A stretch of 61,073 bases of DNA, counting the filler. It is 9 parts of 9 records of this genome, joined end to end, with 100 filler letters (N's around TTAATTAATTAA, not from the genome) between each part and the next. Parts side by side here need not be neighbours in the genome. Positions count along the whole stretch, not along the records: positions 6,099 to 11,803 come from SRR31156797_61696; positions 11,904 to 20,230 come from SRR31156797_61708; 7 more parts are not named here. One strand, written 5' to 3'. This document shows positions 10,223 to 19,138 of this stretch, piece by piece; position 1 is the stretch's first letter; every line of letters begins with the position of its first letter. A program made the translations under genes and the position numbers. The notes under the pieces are model-generated. The model did no database searches, was not told the DNA's origin, and saw only the letters and a program-made list of their open reading frames with translations.

Positions 10223-11803
10223 GTGAGTCAAAATCCCAGGAAAGAGCAGAGGAAAATCTCCTTCGCCACTCCCCTTATCGTCCTTTTCATCTGCGTTCTG
10301 TTCACTGCCTTCGCCCTCCAGTTCTATCTGGTATCCAGAAATATGGAGAACGAGATCAGAGTGTCCCAAAAGGATAATTTCGTCGAGCTGACCCAGTCTC
10401 TGGTTGATCTTGTCGATCTGGAGATGAAGACCAATGAGAACCAGCTGATGGCCTATGCCGAAGCCATCAGTCTGACCATAGGGGCGCCCCTCTCTCAGAA
10501 GGAGAAAGACGGCACCCTCAATAGCCTGCTGAAGGAGATTAAGGCGAGTAACGAATTCTACGAAACCATTTTCATCGGCGATGCGACGGGAACGCTCCTC
10601 CATTCGTCCGAGGCGTCTGTCGTCGGGGCAAATGTCTCGGACAGAGAGTATTATTCCGATATCATCCAGAAAGGCCGAAATAAGACGACGACCAAGAAGG
10701 CCGTCCTTTCCAAGGTCACGGGGAGTCTGACCATCGTCCACGCCGTGCCTGTCTTCGACAACCATAAGCGCGTCGGTTTTCTGGGGGCCTCCCTCAATCT
10801 GGCTAAATTCGGAAAGGAAATGATTCTCAGCAAGACCATCGGGGAAACGGGTTATCCCTACATCATGGATGCGGAGGGGATGGTTCTTGTCCATCCCAAA
10901 GACTCCCTTGTGGCGACGCATGCCCAGGATGTGGATCCTTTCCTGCAGGAGATCGTAGACAACGGACAGATCCTCACCTACGCTTCCTACGAATTGAACG
11001 GTTCATCCAAACAGGGCGTCTTTATCAGGATGATTTCCGGTTGGATCGTCTGCCTGGCCATCGACGACGCCGAAGCCTTTCGCAGCATCTTCACCCTCAG
11101 GCTTATGCTGGGAATCATCAGTGTGATCCTCCTGGTCGTTACCAGTCTGATCCTGTTCTTCTATGTCAGGATCAGGCTTATCCGCAAGCTGGGGAGTATC
11201 GAGGAGGTTCTGTCCATTGCCTCCCGGGGGGATCTTACCGAACGGGGAGATATAAAGGGACGGGATGAGGTCGCCGGCATGTCCCGTTATTTCAACAGCT
11301 TTCTGGACACCCTCAGCGGCTTCTTCGCCACCTTGAGAGGGAACCTGCAGGAGCTGGACGAGGTGGGGCTGGACCTCTTCTCCAATATGGAAGAGACCGC
11401 CGCGGCGGTCCATCAGATCAAGACCAATGTGGAAAACTCCCTGGGGCAGATCGAGAAGCAGGAGCGAAGCGTTTCCTCCACCGTAACGGTGGCCGAGGAG
11501 ATCACCCAGAACATCGAGTCTCTGGACCGTAATATAGAGCGCCAGGAGCAGACCATTCAGCAGGGCTCCTCAGCGGTTGAGGAGATGATCGCACAGATCA
11601 AAACCGTCTCCGCTTCCACCGAGGACGCTGAGAATCTGATGGGCGTTCTGAACGAATCTTCCAGCCGCGGCCGGGAAAACCTTCAGAACGTCTCCAACCA
11701 GGTGAAGGATATAGAGGAAAAGTCCCGTGAGCTTGAGAAGGCCAACGCCCTGATCGCCGGCATCGCCGCCCAGACCAATCTGCTGGCCATGAACGCCGCC
11801 ATC
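10223..11803 (+). CDS. Methyl-accepting chemotaxis protein (dCache, HAMP; 3'-truncated)
   Basis: Two TMs flanking a Cache domain (GYPYIMDAEGMVLVHP), HAMP, IAAQTNLLAMNAAI signalling motif. Confidence 0.92.
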
Positions 11804-11903
11804 NNNNNNNNNNNNNNNNNNNNNNNNNNNNNNNNNNNNNNNNNNNNTTAATTAATTAANNNNNNNNNNNNNNNNNNNNNNNNNNNNNNNNNNNNNNNNN
11901 NNN
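11804..11903. other. Artificial contig-joining spacer
   Basis: N-run + TTAATTAATTAA + N-run. Confidence 0.97.
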
Positions 11904-12125
11904 GGTTACGCCATCGACGACGAGGAACATATCGAAGGGATCCGCTGCATTTCGGCTCCCGTTTTCGGCTATTCCGGACAGGTCGCCGCCGCCCTTTGCG
12001 CCCTCGGTCCGGCCAGCCGCATGACCCGACGAAAGCTGCGCAGCCTGCGCGAACCTCTGTTCGATCTGGCCCGCTCGTTTTCCGACCGGTTGGGCTGGCG
12101 CGGCGACGAATCGGCCAAGGCCTAA
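11904..12125 (+). CDS. IclR-family transcriptional regulator, C-terminal effector domain (5'-truncated)
   Basis: Manual translation GYAIDDEEHIEGIRCISAPVFGYSGQVAAALCALGPASRM... is the IclR signature. Confidence 0.85.
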   Translation, partial: GYAIDDEEHIEGIRCISAPVFGYSGQVAAALCALGPASRMTRRKLRSLREPLFDLARSFSDRLGWRGDESAKA

Positions 12126-12138
12126 CGGCCGTTCCCGG

Positions 12139-12798
12139 TCATCCTGCTTTCGAAAGCCTGTCGGCCAGCCGCGTCGGTTCCGGCAGGCGGAAACGTGTGG
12201 CGCAGTCGCGCGTGATGCGCACCGCCGTCTCAAGTCCGATCCGTTGGCCGACCGAAACATAGACCGGTTTGACCCGGCTTCGGCTGCGCAGAACGATGCC
12301 GATGGTTTCGCCCTTGTGCATCAAGGGCGTCGACGCACCCTTGTCCGGTCCCGGCTCGCCGTGTTCGCCGCACAGGCGGGATTTTCCGACGCCGACGGCC
12401 GGGAGATCGGCCAGCAGCCCGACATGGCAGGCGATGCCGAAGCGCCGCGGATGGGCCAGTCCGTGCCCGTCGACCATCAGCAGGTCGGGCCGCACTTTCA
12501 ACTCCGCCAGCGCCGCCAGGATGGCCGGGGCTTCGCGAAAGGACAGCAGACCGGGCACGTAGGGAAACCGGGTCGGTTCTTCGACGACCGTCGATTCGAG
12601 GGTTTCCATTTCGGGAAACGACAGAAGCACGATGGCCGCCCGCGTCACCCGCCCGCTTTGCGGGAAGGCGACGTCGATGCCGGCGATGGTTTCGATTTTA
12701 TCGAAGCGGTCCTCGGTCTCGATGCGCGGCGCCAAATCCTTCTGGATGGCGATGGCCTCTTTCGCCAACTTCGGCCAATCATCAGGGTTGCCCGTCAT
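12139..12798 (-). CDS. nfi: Endonuclease V
   Basis: AGIDVAF, FPYVPGLLSFRE, DGHGLAHPRRFGIACH and RLPEPTRLAD motifs. Confidence 0.95.
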   Translation of the reverse strand: MTGNPDDWPKLAKEAIAIQKDLAPRIETEDRFDKIETIAGIDVAFPQSGRVTRAAIVLLSFPEMETLESTVVEEPTRFPYVPGLLSFREAPAILAALAELKVRPDLLMVDGHGLAHPRRFGIACHVGLLADLPAVGVGKSRLCGEHGEPGPDKGASTPLMHKGETIGIVLRSRSRVKPVYVSVGQRIGLETAVRITRDCATRFRLPEPTRLADRLSKAG

Positions 12799-12808
12799 CG
12801 CAACGGGT

Positions 12809-13279
12809 TTAGCCGCCCAGAAGTTCGGGCCGCAGCACCCAGTTGAGGGACCATTTTCCTCCCTCGTCCCGTTCCAGGCAGGCCACAGTGCCCGGCGTGA
12901 ATGCGACCGAAACGCTCTCCTCATTTCCGGTCAGCAGGCGCGAGGCCATGTGGCCCAGAAACGGCATGTGCCCGACCACCATGAAATCTTCGTCCACGGC
13001 ATTGGCGGCGCCGGCCAGATGGTCGGTATTGCTGTTCGGCGACAGGCCGGATTCGGCCTGTTCGACCTCGCGGCCCGGTCCGATGACCTCGGCCATGGCC
13101 AACGCCGTCGCCAAGGCGCGGGGCTTGCCGGAATGGATGACGCGGGCGACCTTGACCCGGCTCCTGGCCAGAAAGGCGGCCAGCCGGCCGACATCCTTCA
13201 GGCCTTTGTCCGTAAGCGGCCGTTTCGGGTTTTCCTCGGCCGGCACGGCGGCGCCATGCTGCATGAGATAAAGCTTCAT
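12809..13279 (-). CDS. sixA: Phosphohistidine phosphatase SixA
   Basis: LYLMQHG, RPLT, HSGKPRA and VGHMP motifs. Confidence 0.85.
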   Translation of the reverse strand: MKLYLMQHGAAVPAEENPKRPLTDKGLKDVGRLAAFLARSRVKVARVIHSGKPRALATALAMAEVIGPGREVEQAESGLSPNSNTDHLAGAANAVDEDFMVVGHMPFLGHMASRLLTGNEESVSVAFTPGTVACLERDEGGKWSLNWVLRPELLGG

Positions 13280-13334
13280 CTGTCCTCCAACCTGCGGCTT
13301 TCAGCCTGCCTTTAAATCGATCCCGGCAATGCGC

Positions 13335-13910
13335 CTATTCCCAGCCGCCCAGTTCGCGCAGCTTGCGTTCGATGGCATCGAGGATGCGCCCGGCTTCTTG
13401 ATCCATGAAGGTGGCGAACTCGGGGCTGCTGCGGCGCAGCGGTTCGATCGTCCTGTCGAAATTCGGGTCCGGCCTGGTGCGTAAGCTATAGGCCAACTGC
13501 AGATCCTGCACGGCCTCTTCCTTGCGCCCCAAATCGGCCAGCAGGAAGCCGCGCAGGCTGTAGACGCCGCCGCGCACGCGCGGTGACGGTTCGGTATCGA
13601 TCAGCGCCACCGCCGCGTTCATGTCGGCCAGCGCCAGGCCCAGATTGCCGCCGGCCAATTCGATTCGGCCGCGTTCCAGCAGATAGGTCATGCGATATCG
13701 GTCCGGCACCGAGGCGTCGTCGATGGCGCGCGTATAGATCACGGCGGCCAGATCGTCGTCGCCTTTTTCGCGCGCCTTCGCCGCTTCGTCGAGCACATTA
13801 AACGGCGCGCCCTTCGCCGGCGCTTCGTCCGAACCTTGCGCGAACGCCGCCCCGCCGACGGCCAAAGCCAGCGGCAAAATCAGCAAACGGACTAGTCGGC
13901 CCAGACGCAT
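13335..13910 (-). CDS. Secreted TPR-repeat protein
   Basis: Signal peptide (...GAAFA|Q); TPR-like helices (YSLRGFLLADLGRKEEAVQDLQLA). Confidence 0.65.
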   Translation of the reverse strand: MRLGRLVRLLILPLALAVGGAAFAQGSDEAPAKGAPFNVLDEAAKAREKGDDDLAAVIYTRAIDDASVPDRYRMTYLLERGRIELAGGNLGLALADMNAAVALIDTEPSPRVRGGVYSLRGFLLADLGRKEEAVQDLQLAYSLRTRPDPNFDRTIEPLRRSSPEFATFMDQEAGRILDAIERKLRELGGWE

Positions 13911-13984
13911 GCGGCCCGGTTCCCTTTATCGGCCAAGCTTCCGGCAAATCTTAACCTTTTGGGCGGCTCGCGGAAACCCGGTCT

Positions 13985-14719
13985 TCAACCGATGGCGGAC
14001 GCGGGCAAACCGGCGGCCCGGGCCGAGTCCTGAAGACCTTCCAAAACGCCCAGGGTCCGGCCGTCGGCGGTTTCGTAGCTGGCCGTCAGTTTGCCGCCGG
14101 AAATCGCAAAAACCATATCCATCGCCTTGGTCTGTTCAGCGATCGACCGCGCCCAGGCATAATAGTCGTCGGCCTCCGAAGGATTGGATTTCGCGGCGTT
14201 CATGGCCATGCCGACGGCATTGCCGATGCGAACCATGTTCAATGTCGAACTGGCGCCGATCAGGGCATTGCTCACGTCCGCGTCCTCGTTGATGGCGGCT
14301 TCCAGCTTGGCGGCGTTCGGATCGTCGCCCTCGACGATCACTTTGCCGGTACCGTCGGTGCGTATCGTCACGTCGCGAAGATCAACGCCGGCTTCCGAGG
14401 CCAGGCGCCACAAACCCTGCTCGGCCTTGGCCGTGAGCTGATCGGCATGGGCCTGCATCTCGACCAGGGTAATCCGTCCGTCGCCATTGGCATCGCCCAG
14501 ACCAGCCCCCAATTCGGCCAGTGAAAAACGTCCGTCGGCAAACGTGCCGACCGCCGCAGCCGTTTGCCCGGCGGAGGAAATCTCCACCGTGTCGCCGTCG
14601 CCGGTCGCGGCGGTCCGGTTGGCGGTTTCATCGGCGCCGTCGGCGGCATTTGTTGCTGCCTCGGTACCCAGATGCGAAAAAATGGAATAAATTTTGGCGG
14701 AAGCCGATTCGACGAACAT
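13985..14719 (-). CDS. Hypothetical protein with EF-hand loop and FlgM-like DTVEIS motif
   Basis: DANGDGRITLVE; GDTVEISSAG; SD GGGGAG 6 nt before the ATG at 14719. Confidence 0.6.
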   Translation of the reverse strand: MFVESASAKIYSIFSHLGTEAATNAADGADETANRTAATGDGDTVEISSAGQTAAAVGTFADGRFSLAELGAGLGDANGDGRITLVEMQAHADQLTAKAEQGLWRLASEAGVDLRDVTIRTDGTGKVIVEGDDPNAAKLEAAINEDADVSNALIGASSTLNMVRIGNAVGMAMNAAKSNPSEADDYYAWARSIAEQTKAMDMVFAISGGKLTASYETADGRTLGVLEGLQDSARAAGLPASAIG

Positions 14720-14763
14720 GTACATCTCCCCTAGTTCACGGTTCCACCGTCCCGGAGATCGCC

Positions 14764-14788
14764 ATGCAATTTTCAATCCAGGATTGAA
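14764..14788 (-). promoter_or_regulatory. Candidate sigma54 promoter overlapped by a perfect 8-1-8 palindrome
   Basis: Minus strand TGG-ATTGAAAA-TTGCA (GG-N10-GC); TTCAATCC-A-GGATTGAA at 14772-14788. Confidence 0.4.
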
Positions 14789-14868
14789 CTCAGGGATTCC
14801 GCCGGTTTCGACGTGTGCCGGCCGGACAGGATCTGCCGCACCGGGAAAAAGATTCCCGGCAAACACGA

Positions 14869-15339
14869 TCAGACCCAGCGCCGCACCCGTTTCCTGTAGG
14901 CCCGGTATTCGTCGCCGAACTTATCCTCCAGCATGGCCTCTTCGACCGCGATGAAGCGGGTCGTCAGCAGCCAGACCAGGACGCCGACGATGAGGAAGGG
15001 CGACAACGTGCCGAGCAGCATGGCAACGCCGATACCGGCCAGCACCATGCCTAGATACATCGGATTGCGGCTGAACCGGAACGGCCCCTCATCGACCAGC
15101 ATATTGGCGTCGCCGAAGGGCTTCACCGTGGTCCGGCGTTTCCTGAACAGATGGTCGGCCCAGAAATTGAGGATCAAGCCGGCCCCGATGAACGGCGCGC
15201 CCAGCCAGGTGACCGGCGCCACCGCCAGTCCCGCCAGCGGATAAACCAGATGCACCAGCACCATCAGCACGACGGCGATCATCATGAAGGTCGGCGGCAT
15301 CATCGGCTTGTCGCCGATCGGAGGGCGTTGTCGGGCCAT
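14869..15339 (-). CDS. Isoprenylcysteine carboxyl-methyltransferase/PEMT-family membrane protein
   Basis: GPFRFSRNPMYLG...EEAMLEDKFGDEYRAYRKRVRRW. Confidence 0.88.
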   Translation of the reverse strand: MARQRPPIGDKPMMPPTFMMIAVVLMVLVHLVYPLAGLAVAPVTWLGAPFIGAGLILNFWADHLFRKRRTTVKPFGDANMLVDEGPFRFSRNPMYLGMVLAGIGVAMLLGTLSPFLIVGVLVWLLTTRFIAVEEAMLEDKFGDEYRAYRKRVRRWV

Positions 15340-15364
15340 GGTCGATTTCCGTCTTCCGTTTTCC

Positions 15365-15895
15365 TCAGATCCAGCGCCGGACGCCGGCGGCATAGGCCCG
15401 ATAGCCGTCGCCGAATTCCTCGATCATGGCCGCTTCCTCGGGTCCGGCGTGACGCACATCCAGGATCGCCGCGAAAAGGACAACCACGATGAAGGGCGTC
15501 GCCGTGCCGAACAAAACGGCAAGGCCGAAAACGGCCAGCACCATTCCCAGATACATCGGGTGGCGCGACCGCGCAAAAGGTCCGTCGGTGATCAGGACCC
15601 GCCGCTTCTCCTGCGGCTCGGCCGGGCGGATATGCTTGAAGATGGCAATGGCCCATATGTTCGGACCGATGCCGGAATCGGCGCCATGGCGTTCGAAGCA
15701 ATACCCGGCCCAGACGTTCAGGCCCAGACCGACCAGCGCCGGAATACCGCCGAGCCAAGTCCACGGCGGGCTCCACAATTGCCATCCCGGTTCCAGCAGG
15801 TGAAGCCCGATCATGAAAGCGACCGCCGCGACGAACGACTTCGGCGCTTCCGTTTGTATGGGTTGGAACAGGCGGGGTTGCGAGTCTTGCGGCAT
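15365..15895 (-). CDS. Second ICMT/PEMT-family membrane methyltransferase
   Basis: GPFARSRHPMYLG...EEAAMIEEFGDGYRAYAAGVRRW; start codon uncertain. Confidence 0.82.
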   Translation of the reverse strand: MPQDSQPRLFQPIQTEAPKSFVAAVAFMIGLHLLEPGWQLWSPPWTWLGGIPALVGLGLNVWAGYCFERHGADSGIGPNIWAIAIFKHIRPAEPQEKRRVLITDGPFARSRHPMYLGMVLAVFGLAVLFGTATPFIVVVLFAAILDVRHAGPEEAAMIEEFGDGYRAYAAGVRRWI

Positions 15896-16020
15896 CGATG
15901 GTTCCGTTTGCGGCAGCGGCCCCGGGGGACCTTTCATGACCCGCTTCAACCGGGCGAATACGTGCGGATATTACCCTGTCGCGGGGCTGCCGCCTACCGC
16001 CTGGCCGCACCGCCGTTGCC

Positions 16021-16716
16021 TCAGCCGCTTTCGGGTTCGGTCCGCTTGCGACCGCTCACCATCGCCCAGATCAGGTTTTCGCGGTGCGCGAAACTGGAAA
16101 ACAGGACGCCGGCAATATGGAAAAGCACCAGGAAAAAGGTGAGGTGGCCGAAGACGTCGTGGGCCTCCATCCAGGGCCCTTCGTCGTGCCCTTCTTCGTC
16201 ACGGTCGCCTTTTTCCTCGTCGTCGTCGTCTTCGTCATGATCGTCGTCTTCCCGCTCGCTCGCCATCGCGGTTGAAACGATCGAAGGGGCGGCGAAGGAA
16301 CCGGCGACGTTTCGCGAAAAGAACGGCGCCAGCGGTCCCTCGCCCTCGGTTTCGGCCAGGGCGCCAAGGCCGGTAACGACGGTTGCCGTCAGCATGACCA
16401 AAAGGACCACGATCATCGCCCCGCCGGCCGGACTGTGCCCCAGGAAACGCGGCGACTTCAAACGCAGATGGTCGACTGTGTAGGCAACAACGGCGGCGGG
16501 CGGTTTGACGAAATCGGCAAAGCGGGCGTGGCCGGATCCGACGAAACCCCAGACAACGCGCAGGATGACGACCGTGCCGACGACATAGCCGGCGATCACA
16601 TGCGGCTGCTCGGGTTCGCCCTCGGTGCCGAAAGCCACGAAAAAAGCGATCACCAGCAGCCAATGGGCGAAGCGCACGAAGGCGTCCCAGACCCGGATGA
16701 AACCGTTTGGCGGCAT
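16021..16716 (-). CDS. Cytochrome b/b6 (Ni-hydrogenase cytochrome b-like) domain protein
   Basis: VWDAFVRFAHW, HVIAGY, RVVWGFVG, GHSPAGG, HDVFGH, FHIAGV and ENLIWAM motifs. Confidence 0.88.
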   Translation of the reverse strand: MPPNGFIRVWDAFVRFAHWLLVIAFFVAFGTEGEPEQPHVIAGYVVGTVVILRVVWGFVGSGHARFADFVKPPAAVVAYTVDHLRLKSPRFLGHSPAGGAMIVVLLVMLTATVVTGLGALAETEGEGPLAPFFSRNVAGSFAAPSIVSTAMASEREDDDHDEDDDDEEKGDRDEEGHDEGPWMEAHDVFGHLTFFLVLFHIAGVLFSSFAHRENLIWAMVSGRKRTEPESG

Positions 16717-16887
16717 CGATCTTTCCCCCCCATGTCAATTTGGGCCGATCCGAGGTTAGCATGAACCGGGCCTTATCGGCTGTGAAGCCGATTACGGTTC
16801 GAATGACGTCAAAATCCTCTCGTCAATCCAATTGTATTCCTCCTAATTTGAGTCTAAAAATGAGTTATTCATAAAAATAATACAATC

Positions 16888-17061
16888 ATGAGGGGTGATG
16901 TGGTCTACCGGAGAAGCAAGGAAGGCGATGTCTGGCACTTTTGCCGAAACTGTTCGAAATGGCCGGTTGCCGACTACGAAGAATCGGACGAAATCACGCC
17001 GATCGAACCGTTGTGCGACGAATGCAAGGAACTGGAAGAAGCCGGCATCGATTGGCGGTAG
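16888..17061 (+). CDS. Small Zn-finger-like protein (53-57 aa), absent from the ORF track
   Basis: Manual translation MRGDVVYRRSKEGDVWHFCRNCSKWPVADYEESDEITPIEPLCDECKELEEAGIDWR*; two CxxC; alternative GTG start at 16900 after GAGGGGTGAT. Confidence 0.75.
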   Translation: MRGDVVYRRSKEGDVWHFCRNCSKWPVADYEESDEITPIEPLCDECKELEEAGIDWR

Positions 17062-17156
17062 AACGCACATCCCGTCTCCCGGTCGGCCCGGAACGCCCGC
17101 GACCGCGACGATCCGGGGTTTCGAACGCATCGTTATGCTTCCGGGGCTCGGCGCGG

Positions 17157-17453
17157 CTAACGCGGATACATAACCCAAATCAAAGCAACGGCGGCAGCAA
17201 TAGCCATAGCGACCAACAACCAGACCCGCCGGGAGAGATCCCTCAGCCTCAATCTTTCAGTTTCCGCGTTGCGTTGCGATTGTTGTTTGGTCGCGTCCGC
17301 TTCCTGTTCTCTCCGCGCGCCTTCGGCCTCGGCCAAGTCGCGTTTCCACGACCTTACAATTAGGTTGCGGTCAAGCCGCAGCCGAATTTCCTCAAGCGAA
17401 TGTCTCGCCAGGATTTTTTTGAATTTTTCCACTTCTTCCGGATCGTCGACCAT
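17157..17453 (-). CDS. Hypothetical coiled-coil protein with C-terminal TM anchor
   Basis: MVDDPEEVEKFKK...VWLLVAMAIAAAVALIWVMYPR. Confidence 0.55.
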   Translation of the reverse strand: MVDDPEEVEKFKKILARHSLEEIRLRLDRNLIVRSWKRDLAEAEGARREQEADATKQQSQRNAETERLRLRDLSRRVWLLVAMAIAAAVALIWVMYPR

Positions 17454-17759
17454 GACTATGACATCCCGTACTTCATGACAGGCCGGCGCCTCGTCGTTGG
17501 CGAGAAACCACGACAATCCCGCAGGGTGCGTATACGGCGTCAACGGATTTCGGTTTCCACCCTCAGATCTTCACACAGTTGGATTGAAACCCAACAGATA
17601 ATATATCCTTAACAAACAAGCTCTTATCCAATATTGAAAAATATAACAGAATAAAATTGGCAAATAATTTGACTTACAATCAAAAATAATACATAAAACT
17701 AGAGTCTATCGCTTCATTTTTCTAAGTTTTCTAAAATAATCCGGAAAAAAGTCAAAATA

Positions 17760-17882
17760 ATGACGGATCATGATACCAATGAACGGTCCGCCAACGGGCC
17801 GGTCATTTCTAATGGCAAGTTCTGGTTGATGATCGTAGCAATCATCGCGGTCATGGCTGTCGGCGGCATCTTAATGAGTTGA
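17760..17882 (+). CDS. 40-aa single-TM microprotein, absent from the ORF track
   Basis: Manual translation MTDHDTNERSANGPVISNGKFWLMIVAIIAVMAVGGILMS*; follows an AT-rich region; weak SD. Confidence 0.5.
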   Translation: MTDHDTNERSANGPVISNGKFWLMIVAIIAVMAVGGILMS

Positions 17883-18046
17883 TGCTCCATCCCTTCAACG
17901 GATCGATCGTGCATTAGGTTTCACTTCGGCATGCGCGGAAGAGGTGCGGCATCTATCCGGAAGCGATCGAAATATTCACCCTGTCCGTGTTGGAAAACTG
18001 CCGCCATCGAAGGGCCGAAACCGAACCCAAACAAAGGATATTTCTG

Positions 18047-18397
18047 ATGAAACAAGAAGACATCAAAACATTTGCCCAAGGCGCCCTCGTCGGGGCCGGC
18101 GTATTGGCGATCGGTATTTTCTGGAGCGGCATGGCGGTAACCTCCGGTTCGGCCGAGGAAATGGCCCGCGACCAAACCCGGGATGCCATCGTCGCGCAAT
18201 TGGCGCCGATCTGCCTTGCCCAGTTCTCGCAGTCCGCAAACTCTGCCCAACTGCGCAAGGACATCGAGGCCAAGGACAGCTGGAGTCGGGCCGGGTTCGT
18301 CAAGACGAACGGCTGGGCAACCATGCCCGGCAGTGACGCGCCGCGCGACGATATCGCCAGTGCATGCGCCGTGTTGATCATGGATCTTGACGCCTAG
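18047..18397 (+). CDS. Hypothetical membrane-anchored protein with a Cys pair
   Basis: SD AAGGA; N-terminal TM; LAPICLAQF...GWATMPG...ASAC. Confidence 0.7.
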   Translation: MKQEDIKTFAQGALVGAGVLAIGIFWSGMAVTSGSAEEMARDQTRDAIVAQLAPICLAQFSQSANSAQLRKDIEAKDSWSRAGFVKTNGWATMPGSDAPRDDIASACAVLIMDLDA

Positions 18398-18622
18398 TCG
18401 GCATTTTCCCCCCTTTTATCGGTTTCCTGATACAATCCGGGAACCACTGCCCTTTCAGGCGGTGTCGATCGATACTGCCCAATATGGGGCAACTGCTTAA
18501 AATTGATCGGGAACGGCCGACGGCCTAAGGAAAAGGCCGCCAAAAGGATTGTGTCCGCGGTCGCGCAGTGCGGCCCGGCGAAACTGCAATCGAACGAGAC
18601 GACAGACGCGAAAGGATTGCCG

Positions 18623-18802
18623 ATGGCCAAAAAGCCTAATTACCGTTTTGACCGCTTCACGCGGGAACGCCAGAAAGCCCAGAAAAAAGCCGAACGCCTG
18701 GAGGCGAAACGCGCCAAGGCCGCCGAAAAAAGAGAAGGGGCAACGCCTTCTGAATCTCCGGACACGGCTCCTTCCGATCCACCGGACGAAACCGCGGACT
18801 GA
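18623..18802 (+). CDS. Small basic protein (59 aa)
   Basis: SD AAAGGA; MAKKPNYRFDRFTRERQKAQKKAERLEAKR followed by an acidic/Pro tail. Confidence 0.65.
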   Translation: MAKKPNYRFDRFTRERQKAQKKAERLEAKRAKAAEKREGATPSESPDTAPSDPPDETAD

Positions 18803-18880
18803 AGCGACGATCCCAGCGGAATCGTTCAATCAACGAACCCGGCGATTCCGATTTTGGCTGAAGATTTAAGGAAATACAAA

Positions 18881-19072
18881 ATGCATGGGACCAAACAATC
18901 GGCCGATACGCCCGATGTGCCCGTCCATTCCCATGGCGCCGGTCAGCGAGCCGTCGGCGACGTACCGAGCGAGCGGCCCTGTCTGGCCTGCGGAGAACCG
19001 TTCCAAAGCGACGGTTGGGGGAACAGATTGTGCCCGAAATGCTGCAAACGCAGCAATCCGCCGAACCGCTAA
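18881..19072 (+). CDS. Small zinc-ribbon protein (63 aa)
   Basis: SD AAGGA; RPCLACGEPFQSDGWGNRLCPKC (CxxC...CxxC). Confidence 0.7.
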   Translation: MHGTKQSADTPDVPVHSHGAGQRAVGDVPSERPCLACGEPFQSDGWGNRLCPKCCKRSNPPNR

Positions 19073-19138
19073 ACCAGGGCTTCGGCCGGTATTCGTATCG
19101 GACTCCGGAAAATAAGATCTTTTGCGGACCTGGGGAAC

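Noticed and set aside
12809-13279. SixA with QHG instead of RHG
   Set aside because: The catalytic His is retained and I recall this as a common variant, so it is not evidence of novelty.
16763-16800. Hairpin GAACCG..ATCGGCT-GTGA-AGCCGAT..CGGTTC upstream of cytochrome b
   Set aside because: It has no T-tract and no recognisable family, so no function can be supported.
16895-17363. Track ORFs 16895-17173 and 16941-17363
   Set aside because: They lack motifs. The Cys4 ORF at 16888-17061 and the minus-strand ORF at 17157-17453 explain the region better.
17669-17683. TTGACTTACAATCAA resembling an FNR/FixK box
   Set aside because: The spacer is one base too long for TTGAT-N4-ATCAA.
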